In this document: in pieces, positions 17,728 through 26,524 of the stretch
Numbering within the stretch: the first letter of the stretch is position 1
Layout: each line of letters starts with the position of its first letter
From: Anaerotignaceae bacterium
GTDB taxonomy: Bacteria; Bacillota; Clostridia; Lachnospirales; Anaerotignaceae
Assembly (NCBI GenBank): GCA_050251415.1
Contig: JBFWMT010000001.1
Span: 15,358-79,357, forward strand
Length of the DNA stretch: 64,000 nt
Direction: 5' to 3'
The notes under the pieces: model-generated
Told to the model about the DNA's origin: nothing
What the model saw: only the letters and a program-made list of their open reading frames with translations
Database searches by the model: none
Made by a program: the position numbers and the translations under genes

Positions 17728-18585
17728 TTAAAGCAACAAATCGCCTGCTGAAAAAAATGATACATCCCCACGTATAAAAACTTCTGTAATTATTGAAGTT
17801 TGTGTCACCCATCCTTGAATAATGCTTGGCCTATTAACAAATTGACCCTGGTGTATATCTATTATTTCATCATGTTTTTTAAGCCCATGTTTTACAAGAT
17901 ACGCACATAGAGGACCAGCGGCACTGCCAGTTACTACATCTTCAAAAACCCCATTATTATCCCATGTTCGGCATTCAAGGGTAGAAGAATCGAAAACATA
18001 AACAAATTTAGCTTCAAAACCTGCTAAAAAGCTTTCAAATTCGCCCATATTTATTTTTGCTTGAGCCAATCCACTCTTAAGTGGCACTAATAAATAAGGT
18101 AACCCTGTAGAAATAACTTCAACTGGTAATGCATCATCTATATCACATTCTTTTATATTTAGTGCATTTGCAATTTTATTATAATGCTTTCTCTCAATTT
18201 CATTTATAAACTGTGGTGAACCTTGATTCATGGTTACATTATAACTTTTATTCAAATAGCAAGACTGGGCAGTTAACCTTCTTCCAGATAAATCAAGGGA
18301 GATTTCCATGTTATTTTGAGAAGAAAAAAGCAATTTATGAATTACAGCGCAAGCACCAATAATCGGATGTCCAGCGAATTTCAACTCTTCGTCCACTGTA
18401 AATATTCTTACCGGAAAAGAACCCTCTTGATTTTTATCATATATAAAAATCGTTTCAAATTGCTTAAACTCTCTTGCAATGCTCAATAACTCTTTATCGT
18501 CAAGTGACCTGTCGGGGAAAACAACGGTAAGGCCATTCCCGCTCATTGGCTTTAAGGAAAAAACATCTACATGATAATATTTCAT
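17728..18585 (-). CDS. PhzF-family isomerase/epimerase-like protein
   Basis: 285 aa. N-terminus MKYYHVDVFS...GNGLTVVF and the duplicated DapF-like fold pattern are typical of PhzF. Confidence 0.65.
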   Translation of the reverse strand: MKYYHVDVFSLKPMSGNGLTVVFPDRSLDDKELLSIAREFKQFETIFIYDKNQEGSFPVRIFTVDEELKFAGHPIIGACAVIHKLLFSSQNNMEISLDLSGRRLTAQSCYLNKSYNVTMNQGSPQFINEIERKHYNKIANALNIKECDIDDALPVEVISTGLPYLLVPLKSGLAQAKINMGEFESFLAGFEAKFVYVFDSSTLECRTWDNNGVFEDVVTGSAAGPLCAYLVKHGLKKHDEIIDIHQGQFVNRPSIIQGWVTQTSIITEVFIRGDVSFFSAGDLLL

Positions 18586-18638
18586 TCAGAACCCCCCTAT
18601 ATGCTTCCTTATGTTACATGGATTTATTTAACTGCACT

Positions 18639-19166
18639 CTATTTCCTGTTTTTTATAGCCAGCCCTTTTAAAAAATTTCTAGCATATTTATCGCCGCACT
18701 CTTTATAATGTTTATGCCCTTCTTTTCGAAATAAAGCGCTCAATTCTCCTTTCGTTACAACCAATCCTGATGCTTCAAATATATTTAGCATATCTTCACT
18801 TGTTAGTGATAGCGCTATTTTCAGTTTTTTAAGCATAATATTATTAAGATTTGCACTTTTATTTATAGATAGTACTGGTCTTTCAGGTTGGTCTGGTTTT
18901 GCATCTTGATGACCTCTTTTGAAAATTATAAATCCATTTAAAAATGCTTCTAGTGTACTATTTCCGCATTTAATATTTTCTTTCTCTTCATCTTTTTCTT
19001 CATCATCTTCAACTTCGTCGTGGAAACCACCTTTTGATTTTATTAGCATCTTCCCCACTTCTTCTTTTGTCAGCTCAACACCACCAAGTTTAAATATTTC
19101 TACCATGTGGTTATCTTGTATATCTAGTGCATATCTTAATCTAATTAAAATATCATTATTATCCAT
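18639..19166 (-). CDS. DUF1456 (YehS-like) protein
   Basis: Two repeats of the NDILIRLRYALDI / LKKLKIALSLTSEDM type, separated by an acidic insert. Confidence 0.55.
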   Translation of the reverse strand: MDNNDILIRLRYALDIQDNHMVEIFKLGGVELTKEEVGKMLIKSKGGFHDEVEDDEEKDEEKENIKCGNSTLEAFLNGFIIFKRGHQDAKPDQPERPVLSINKSANLNNIMLKKLKIALSLTSEDMLNIFEASGLVVTKGELSALFRKEGHKHYKECGDKYARNFLKGLAIKNRK

Positions 19167-19261
19167 CTATAATCCTCCTATAAGTATCATGTTTTCTTAA
19201 ATTCTCAATTCGCTTTGTATTATAACACAAAATCAGAAAAATAAATTGATTTTATACTGAC

Positions 19262-19313
19262 AATAAAAATGAGTTAAACACACTAGTTAGTAACATTTCT
19301 AGGTGTTTAACTC
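19262..19313 (-). terminator. Intrinsic terminator after the CheX-like gene
   Basis: 11-bp stem gagttaaacac/gtgtttaactc, followed on the minus strand by ATTTTTATTG. Confidence 0.6.
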
Positions 19314-19343
19314 TTAATAATCCAGTCAATGAAAAAATTATAC

Positions 19344-19802
19344 CTACTCTAGTGCAATATTCATCTGTAAATTTATGCCATCTACATCAAAGTCAACACA
19401 AATCACTTCTTTTGTATTCATACTAATTTCTATATTTTCTCCATACATAAGGGCTGGAATAGATATATCTGTATTAATGCCTTGGTTAGAAAAATTTATA
19501 CTTGCGTTAGCAGAAAGCATGTTGGAAAGCTCTGAAACAGCACTTTTTGCCATATCATCAAACTCATCAACAGGCATTCCCATCATCATAGTAGAAGCAA
19601 TTTTTTTGGCACCTTCTAAATCTAATACATATACCACATTACCTTTTTTTTCTCCAACCATGCCTATAGTTAGTGCAACCCCCGACATAGAGATTTTATT
19701 ACCTTTTATACTTAAACCCGTACGTACAATATTTTCAAACCCAAGTTGCGGTAAAACTCCCGTCACGGCTTCTATAAAAGGATTTATGAAAGTTACATCC
19801 AT
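19344..19802 (-). CDS. CheX/CheC-family CheY-P phosphatase-like protein
   Basis: 152 aa. N-terminus FINPFIEAVTGVL. Phosphatase motif S-x3-E-x2-N (SAVSELSN) with a downstream Pro. Confidence 0.65.
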   Translation of the reverse strand: MDVTFINPFIEAVTGVLPQLGFENIVRTGLSIKGNKISMSGVALTIGMVGEKKGNVVYVLDLEGAKKIASTMMMGMPVDEFDDMAKSAVSELSNMLSANASINFSNQGINTDISIPALMYGENIEISMNTKEVICVDFDVDGINLQMNIALE

Positions 19803-20659
19803 TGTACATCCTCCTTTTTAAAACCTACATTCATAAATATTTCTCCAAAATCTGTTTTAATTGCAAACGACCTACTTTCCACTCCGGAAATGCTTACTGT
19901 TAAATCATTTCCATGAAATACCATTGGAGGCGATACACGAAGCCCAAGTGACCGATTTACGCCATTTAACAAGGAACAAGCATTACCTGATATGATGTTT
20001 GCACATTCACTTAAAAACATAACAGCATCATCAACTGAGTCACTTTCTCCAAAAGACACAATCTTTGTTATTTCTACCGCAGTATCTTCAGACATGTCCA
20101 CAATAAACCTGCCACTGTGTCTTCCTATAATACCTACAGCAACGGTAATTCCCAATGATTTTTTTGAAGATACATTATGAGCTTCAATCTCTTCAAAAAT
20201 CGCATCTCCGCCCAGCGTTCTTTTTAGATAATTAAACATAGATTCTTTAAACGCTGATGTATAGTTTTTCTTTAGAATCTCATATAATTCTTCCCCAGCA
20301 AATAATCTTTCAATTGCTGAATCCAACTCATCCTCATCAATTGGTTTTTGTATATAAGCTTTTATTCCAACTTGCTCTGCTCTTTTCATTATTTCTTTAT
20401 CCATCATAGAGCTAATAGCTATAATCTTAATACTCTTTTCATTATTTAATATTGCCTTGGAACACTCAATCCCGTCCCCATCAGGCAATGTCATATCCAT
20501 TGTAACTAAGTCTGGTTTTAATTCCTTTGCTAATTCTATGGCATCTTTTACATTTAATGCTGACCCTACTACCTCAAGTCCCTTTTTTTCAAGCATTCTT
20601 TTTAGAACTGCTGTTGAAAAACTAGAATCGTCTACTAACATTACTCTTATATTTTTCAT
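19793..20659 (-). CDS. Response-regulator receiver fused to a CheC/CheX-like domain
   Basis: REC domain (VMLVDDS ... DLVTMDMTLPDGDG ... KPI), then a CheC-like region with E-x2-N (SECAN) and a downstream Pro. Overlaps the next gene by 10 nt. Confidence 0.7.
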   Translation of the reverse strand: MKNIRVMLVDDSSFSTAVLKRMLEKKGLEVVGSALNVKDAIELAKELKPDLVTMDMTLPDGDGIECSKAILNNEKSIKIIAISSMMDKEIMKRAEQVGIKAYIQKPIDEDELDSAIERLFAGEELYEILKKNYTSAFKESMFNYLKRTLGGDAIFEEIEAHNVSSKKSLGITVAVGIIGRHSGRFIVDMSEDTAVEITKIVSFGESDSVDDAVMFLSECANIISGNACSLLNGVNRSLGLRVSPPMVFHGNDLTVSISGVESRSFAIKTDFGEIFMNVGFKKEDVQWM

Positions 20660-20862
20660 ATAAACACCGCCTTCAAATTAGAATATGTGACACATTTACC
20701 CGTCAATTGAAACCTAAATTAAATTTTAACAGTTTTTAAGTTTCTCACTACTATAATATCATTAATAGGTGTGTTTATTCAATCAATTTTTTATTGAAAA
20801 CCATTTTTTCTACTTTTTTCTCTAAATTTTCTAATATTATTAATCCACCGCTTAAGCCATTT

Positions 20863-20907
20863 GCAACAAAAAAGGAATGAACCTCTAATGCCCATTCCTT
20901 TTGTTGC
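20863..20907 (-). terminator. Hairpin terminator after the repeat-lipoprotein gene
   Basis: gcaacaaaaaaggaatg-N13-cattccttttgttgc. Confidence 0.55.
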
Positions 20908-20910
20908 AGC

Positions 20911-21537
20911 CTACTTTTCTTTTTTATCTGTAGCGTTACCGCCCATTACCTGCAATTCTATAATCTTATCTTCACCATCATATGTAATCTTTACAACAGT
21001 GTCTACTGTAAGGTCTTCAATCGTTCCTTCTACCAACTTACCATCTTGAACGACCTTAATGGTTACACTGCTGTCAATTTCAGTATTAATTTCTTCATCA
21101 CTTGCTGTAAATGAACTTTCATTTTTGCCATTGCCCATGTCACCGCCCTGTGGAGCTTCTCCTGTTGGAGCTTCTCCCATTGGCGCTTCACCTGTTGGAG
21201 CCTCTCCGGTTGGTGCTTCACCTGTTGGAGCTTCTCCTGTTGGAGCTTCTCCCTTTACCATATCCATTGTACCAAGTGCCAGTGTAACTTCTGTTCCCGA
21301 AACTGCCGTTATTTTACCATAAATTCCTTCTGCTTCTTTTGCTTCAACATCTTTTCCTGTTTGTTCTGCTGGGGCTTCAGCCTTTTCTTCTGTTGCAGGC
21401 GTTGCCGCCGTTGTTGTAGTACTTGAGCCAGAACAACCAGCCAAAGATAAAGATAATACACATATTGCCACTGCAGTTACAGCTAATTTTACATGTTTTT
21501 TCAAAATAATTAGTCCCTTCTCTTTAAGAGAGGACAC
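20911..21537 (-). CDS. Lipoprotein with (GEAPT)n repeats
   Basis: Lipobox LSLAGC, seven GEAP(T/M/Q) repeats and a C-terminal beta-rich domain. The likely true start is TTG 21504 (LKKHVKLAV...). Confidence 0.6.
   Translation of the reverse strand: MSSLKEKGLIILKKHVKLAVTAVAICVLSLSLAGCSGSSTTTTAATPATEEKAEAPAEQTGKDVEAKEAEGIYGKITAVSGTEVTLALGTMDMVKGEAPTGEAPTGEAPTGEAPTGEAPMGEAPTGEAPQGGDMGNGKNESSFTASDEEINTEIDSSVTIKVVQDGKLVEGTIEDLTVDTVVKITYDGEDKIIELQVMGGNATDKKEK
21151..21255. repeat. 7 x 15-bp in-frame tandem repeat (GEAPT coding)
   Basis: Units tggagcttctcctgt / tggagcttctcccat / tggcgcttcacctgt / tggagcctctccggt / tggtgcttcacctgt / tggagcttctcctgt / tggagcttctccctt. Confidence 0.9.
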
Positions 21538-21569
21538 CCATTAGGATGCCCAACTCACTGCGTTAAATT

Positions 21570-22169
21570 TTATTCTGTTGCACAATCAGTCGTTGGCTTT
21601 TCAGGTTTTTCACCTTTAAAATTTCCGCCACCCTGTGGCATTTCATCACTACGTATAGATATAGATGTTATTGTTTCTCCATCATCAGCATATTCTATCA
21701 TCAACACATCATCAACTTCAATGTCGTCATAGCTAAGTTCAACCATTTCACCATCTTCCACGGTTTTTACAGTAATATCATCAGTAATGGTAATAACAGC
21801 TTCTTCACCATCAAATGTCATTTCTCTGCCACCTCTTTTACCTTCTGATGTATCTGTTGAATCAGTTGAATCTGGCTTTTCAGGCGGTGCTGTTTTTTCA
21901 GTTGTATCCGTTGTATCAGGCTTTTCAGGAGGCGCTGTTTTTTCAGTTGTATCAGTTTCATCAGGCTCTGCTTGAATTGTAACTGTTATTTTCTTTCCAT
22001 CAACAGCAGTTACCTTTGCCATTTTGCCATTTCTTTCAGGTCTTTCACCTTTAGTAGTTGCTGCCTCTGTATTTGTAGTTGCCACCGTGCTACTTGCCAT
22101 TGCACTAACACCCATTACAGAAGTCATAGACATAGCTAACACCAACATAGTTATAATTTTCTTTTTCAT
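21570..22169 (-). CDS. Secreted repeat protein, paralogous in architecture to 20911-21537
   Basis: Signal peptide, a KVTAVDGKKITVTI segment, two TDTTEKTAPPEKPD repeats and a C-terminal domain ITVKTVEDGEMVELSYDDIEVDDVLMIEY. Compare TIKVVQDGKLVEGTIEDLTVDTVVKITY in the neighbour. Confidence 0.6.
   Translation of the reverse strand: MKKKIITMLVLAMSMTSVMGVSAMASSTVATTNTEAATTKGERPERNGKMAKVTAVDGKKITVTIQAEPDETDTTEKTAPPEKPDTTDTTEKTAPPEKPDSTDSTDTSEGKRGGREMTFDGEEAVITITDDITVKTVEDGEMVELSYDDIEVDDVLMIEYADDGETITSISIRSDEMPQGGGNFKGEKPEKPTTDCATE
21871..21960. repeat. 2 x 45-bp in-frame tandem repeat
   Basis: Copies at 21871-21915 and 21916-21960, about 39/45 identical. Confidence 0.85.
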
Positions 22170-22433
22170 TTTTAATCAATCCTCTCTTCATATAAGTTTT
22201 TAGATAATAATTTTCAGTTAATGTCCTGCCCCCTTTGCTCTTTATATTTCCAAATTATAGAATTACAAAGTTAATTTGCGGTTAACCAAATATTAAGTTT
22301 TTTTGAACAAATTGGTTTCATCATACTGTGATATTGAAATATTTATTATGTTTAAAAACATAATAAATGCCCCCAAAATGTCATAAACAATTACAACATT
22401 TAGGAGGCAAAAATTATTCATCTATGCTTTTAA

Positions 22434-23762
22434 TTAACCAATAAACTCGTTATCCACAATAGTAAGAACTTCATCAAGTTTTAAAAGCTCCTCTGTCAAC
22501 TGCTCTTCTGTAATTATAAGTGGAGGACAAATAAATACCATATTTTCATGAGTATAGGTCATAAATTTTTTCTCTTTTAACTTACCTAATACTTTTCCCA
22601 TAATTCCATCTGGGTCTTTTCCATAAGGGACTAAAGGCTCTTTTGTTGCTTTATCTTTAACCAATTCCACAGCAGAGAATAAGCCTATGTATCGTACATC
22701 ACCAACGCATGGATGTGCAGTCTTCATTTCCTCTAATTTCTGCCCTAAAACTTTGCCTACTTTATTTACATTTTCAAGAATATTTGCTTCCTGGTAGTAG
22801 TTAACACAAGCGACGCCAGCAGCGCATGCCAATGGATGTCCGCTGTATGTTAAACCGCAGGATAACATGTTATCATCAAAATGTTCCGCAATCTCCTTGC
22901 TTACAACCACACCACCAAGTGGAACATAACCACAGGTCACACCCTTTGCAAATGTTACAATGTCTGGCTTAACATCGAAATTCTGGAATCCAAACATCTT
23001 ACCAGTTCTTCCCCATCCAGCCATAACCTCATCGCATATCATCATAATACCGAATTCATCACATATTTCTCTTACTCCTGGTAAATAACCTTTTGGTGGA
23101 ATAATAATGCCGTTAGAACCTGTTACAGTTTCCAATACGATAGCTGCAACACTATCATAGCCTTCATAAGAAATTTGTTCTCTAAGCTTTGTTAAATAAT
23201 ATTTTGTAGCAGCTTCTTCGGATTCAAATTCAATTGCTTCTCTGTAAATATAAGGGTCAAAAAACTTAACAAACCCTGGAATTCCTGGCTCTAACGCATA
23301 GCGTCTTGGCTCACCAGTTAAATTGCCTGCACCGAATGAAGACCCATGGTAGCTGCGGTATCTGCTGAAAACCTTATACTTGCCTGTAAACATACGAGCA
23401 ATTTTAATAGCATTTTCATTGGATTCTGCACCAGCATTTGTAAAAAACACCTTACCCATGTTGTCTGGCATAAGGTCAATTATCATTTTAGCTAGCGTTG
23501 CTCTAGTTTCTGAGCCATAAGAAGGACCGATAAAGCAAAATTTATCTACTTGTTCCTTAATTGCTTCATTGATTGCCTTATTTCCAAACCCCACATTCAG
23601 GTTAACCAACTGTGATGACATATCCGTATATCTATTGCCATCATAATCCCAAAAATAAATTCCATCCGCTTTTTCAACAGGAATTGGATTAATACCTTTT
23701 TGTTTGCTCCATGATTGTAAATTGTATTGCTTTGATGTGCTTTTAATTTCTTCACCTGTCAC
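22434..23762 (-). CDS. Class-III (omega) PLP aminotransferase
   Basis: 442 aa with the class-III pattern (GSESNE-like AGAESNENAIK; DEVMAGWGRTG; FAKG Lys). GTG start after AAGGAG. Confidence 0.75.
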   Translation of the reverse strand: MTGEEIKSTSKQYNLQSWSKQKGINPIPVEKADGIYFWDYDGNRYTDMSSQLVNLNVGFGNKAINEAIKEQVDKFCFIGPSYGSETRATLAKMIIDLMPDNMGKVFFTNAGAESNENAIKIARMFTGKYKVFSRYRSYHGSSFGAGNLTGEPRRYALEPGIPGFVKFFDPYIYREAIEFESEEAATKYYLTKLREQISYEGYDSVAAIVLETVTGSNGIIIPPKGYLPGVREICDEFGIMMICDEVMAGWGRTGKMFGFQNFDVKPDIVTFAKGVTCGYVPLGGVVVSKEIAEHFDDNMLSCGLTYSGHPLACAAGVACVNYYQEANILENVNKVGKVLGQKLEEMKTAHPCVGDVRYIGLFSAVELVKDKATKEPLVPYGKDPDGIMGKVLGKLKEKKFMTYTHENMVFICPPLIITEEQLTEELLKLDEVLTIVDNEFIG

Positions 23763-23939
23763 AAAATCATCTCCTTGTTCTTTATAAAAGAAAACGGGGG
23801 CATGTTCTACTGAACAAGCCTCCTTGCAGTTTAACGGTTATAATAACTATTATAATGAATACCTTTTTATTATTCAATCACATATTGAACATATTTTCAT
23901 GTTCATATGCACAATAAAATCATCTTATGTCAATCACTT

Positions 23940-25130
23940 TTATAATATGTCTTTAATTAAAAATCCAACACTGCATCTTACTTTTTCATCCAGATTAAGC
24001 AGGTTATATCCCGTAATTTTTTCTATTTTCTTAATTTGGTTATTTACCGTATTGCGATGAATGAATTGCTGTTCACTAACCAATTGAGGGCTTCCGTTAT
24101 TTTCTAAATAAGACTGTAAAAAACCCATTAAGTCCGTATCATTTTCCATATCATACTGCTCTAATTTTCCAAATACGTCATAATAAAATTCATAAAGGTT
24201 TTTTTTATCTTTAACAGCCATAAGCACTTTATATATATCCAAATCATCATAATAGTTTACACGTGCGTTTTTCTTTTTTGCCATTTCATTTGCATCAATA
24301 GCCCTATCAAAATTGGTATCCTGATTAGTGAAACCCTGCATAATAGAGCTTACACCAATGTAGATTAAAAATGCAGATTTCTCAGTTCCAACTAAATTCA
24401 TTAGTTTATCAACAAATTTACGAACATTTTCCATTTCACTTTCAGATAAAACCACTACCAAATTGTATTGATATGTAAATGAAATAAATAATTGCTGCCT
24501 TGTTCTTGCAATTTGTTCCACATACAATTTTAGTTTTTCCATGTTTACACTTTCATGGTCCCCATATATATTATCCAAAGAAATGTTTACAAAACAAAAA
24601 TAACTTTCCCGTGTAAACCCGTAACGCTCCATTTGCTGTATCTGTGTATCCAAATCTCCTATTTTAAAAATAATATCTTTTATGGTAGTAGAAATGCTTG
24701 CTTCAACATTTTGGTTGTGAATAATTCTGCCACAGAAATCTCTTGTCATATCAACCATTCTTGTCTTCCAAGGAATAGTGAATAATGGTAAGTTTACCTT
24801 ATTACAAAAATCAATAACCTCTATTGGAATAATTTTTATATAGGGGCCAATATTAATAACTAAAGCACTTGCCTTGGCTTCATAAATGTTTTTAGCAAAC
24901 CTAATTAACCATTCATTGTCCCTGCACATGTATCCAGCAATAAAAATTAGTTCGTGCCCATGCAAAAATGATGAAACCTCTTCATCTTCAACAATATGCA
25001 CCCATTCAACTAAATTATTAAGCCCTTTATTCCCTGCTAAAAGCTTCATCTGGTAAAGCGCACCACTGTTACTATAAAGCTTGCTTACCGCTAATGCCAT
25101 AAAATCACCCACTTTATTAAAGTTGTACAT
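23940..25130 (-). CDS. PucR/CdaR-family transcriptional regulator
   Basis: About 390 aa. C-terminal PucR HTH (IHRNTVNNQIKKIEKITG). The start may be the internal MALAVSKLY (25100). Confidence 0.7.
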   Translation of the reverse strand: MYNFNKVGDFMALAVSKLYSNSGALYQMKLLAGNKGLNNLVEWVHIVEDEEVSSFLHGHELIFIAGYMCRDNEWLIRFAKNIYEAKASALVINIGPYIKIIPIEVIDFCNKVNLPLFTIPWKTRMVDMTRDFCGRIIHNQNVEASISTTIKDIIFKIGDLDTQIQQMERYGFTRESYFCFVNISLDNIYGDHESVNMEKLKLYVEQIARTRQQLFISFTYQYNLVVVLSESEMENVRKFVDKLMNLVGTEKSAFLIYIGVSSIMQGFTNQDTNFDRAIDANEMAKKKNARVNYYDDLDIYKVLMAVKDKKNLYEFYYDVFGKLEQYDMENDTDLMGFLQSYLENNGSPQLVSEQQFIHRNTVNNQIKKIEKITGYNLLNLDEKVRCSVGFLIKDIL

Positions 25131-25240
25131 ATAAATTTTAACATAAAAAAAAGAACAATACCATTGCTATTGTAAACATGCGATATGTCTTTATTAGAGT
25201 ATTTCTTTATATACCAATTATTTGTTAGCCATTTAAACAT

Positions 25241-25292
25241 AAAAATACCCCTTTAGTTATTTTCAGTATTAAATACTGCCTAACTAAAGGGG
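25241..25292 (-). terminator. Intrinsic terminator ending the ABC/aminotransferase/ADH operon
   Basis: 12-bp stem cccctttagtta/taactaaagggg, followed on the minus strand by TATTTTTATGTTT. Confidence 0.65.
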
Positions 25293-25352
25293 TGCTCTGA
25301 ATTCTTGCAATATCAAACAACTTCATTCCATTGGTTTAACTTCGAACAAACT

Positions 25353-26504
25353 TTACCATAACCTCTTGTAAATTTCAATTAGATCTTCCTTTGTAACTTC
25401 TTTAATTGTATTGGATGGGCTTCCGCTAGTCATAGCGTCACCAGCCATTTTATCCATCAAAGCATAAAATTCATCTTTGTTAATGCCATACTCTGCTAAG
25501 GTTGGAATTTTGCAAATTTTACATATCTTAACTAATTCTTGTAAAAATGCTTTTGCAGCTTCTTCATCGGGTGTACTTTCATCTGCCGCACCAATTGCTC
25601 TTGCAATGGTAGCAAATCTATCATAACAGCCATCTAATACATATGCCAAACATTCTTTTATTAACATAGCGTTTGAAATTCCATGTGCTACATGGAATAA
25701 AGCTCCAATTGGTCTGCTCATACCGTGAACAAGGGTTACAGAGGCATTATTAATGCAAACACCAGCTTCAAAGGCAGCTATGGACATTTCTTCTCTTGCC
25801 TTTTCATCATTGCCATCATTGTAAGCTATTGGAAGGTACTTAAAAATACGCTTAATAGCAGAAAGGGCAAACATATCTGTTAAAGTGTTTCCCTTCCTGG
25901 AAGTATAAGACTCAACAGCATGTGTTAAGGCATCCATACCAGTAGCGGCAGTAGTATTTTTAGGAGATGTTTTAGTAAATGTAGGGTCAACAATTGCCAA
26001 CTTAGGCAATAATACATCTCCTTTTAAAAGCATTTTAACTTGCTTTTCTTCATCTGTAATAATTGTAAATTTAGTTGCCTCCGAGCCTGTGCCTGCAGTT
26101 GTTGGGATTAAAACCATTGGAGGTAAATCTCCTACTATTTCACGGCCCATATAGTCTGAAAGGTTCCCTTCAAGAACAGCCATGGCAGCAATTGCCTTTA
26201 CACTGTCAAGTGGGCTTCCTCCGCCTATGCCAATAAGAAAATCACATCCTGTTTCCTTATATGCTTTAACACCAGCTTCAATCATTTTATCTGTAGGCTC
26301 GCCTACTATGTCATTAAATACTTCATATTTAATATTCCAACTATCAAGATAATCTGTAAGTGTTTTAACCATACCTGTTTTTGTTACTATTTTACCAGTA
26401 ACTATAAACGCTTTTGCTCCAAGTTTTTTTACCACTGCTTCACTTTCTGCCAAAGCATTTGCTCCAATTAGTGTTTGTCCTGGTAATATAAATTTACATG
26501 CCAT
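25353..26504 (-). CDS. Iron-containing (group III) alcohol dehydrogenase, 4-hydroxybutyrate/succinate-semialdehyde reductase-like
   Basis: 383 aa. GGGSPLDSVKA NAD-binding motif and His-rich metal site (THAVES..., HGMSRPIG..FHVAHG). Confidence 0.7.
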   Translation of the reverse strand: MACKFILPGQTLIGANALAESEAVVKKLGAKAFIVTGKIVTKTGMVKTLTDYLDSWNIKYEVFNDIVGEPTDKMIEAGVKAYKETGCDFLIGIGGGSPLDSVKAIAAMAVLEGNLSDYMGREIVGDLPPMVLIPTTAGTGSEATKFTIITDEEKQVKMLLKGDVLLPKLAIVDPTFTKTSPKNTTAATGMDALTHAVESYTSRKGNTLTDMFALSAIKRIFKYLPIAYNDGNDEKAREEMSIAAFEAGVCINNASVTLVHGMSRPIGALFHVAHGISNAMLIKECLAYVLDGCYDRFATIARAIGAADESTPDEEAAKAFLQELVKICKICKIPTLAEYGINKDEFYALMDKMAGDAMTSGSPSNTIKEVTKEDLIEIYKRLW

Positions 26505-26524
26505 TTTACATCTTCTCCTTCATA

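Noticed and set aside
21151-21255. Regular 15-bp repeats that could superficially suggest a CRISPR or satellite array.
   Set aside because: The units are contiguous with no spacers. They are in frame and encode GEAPT repeats of a lipoprotein. No cas genes are present.
22330-22370. Perfect 13-bp AT-only palindrome ATTTATTATGTTT/AAACATAATAAAT downstream of the aminotransferase gene.
   Set aside because: The stem is pure A/T, so it is thermodynamically weak. Such palindromes arise readily by chance in AT-rich intergenic DNA. I did not call it a terminator.
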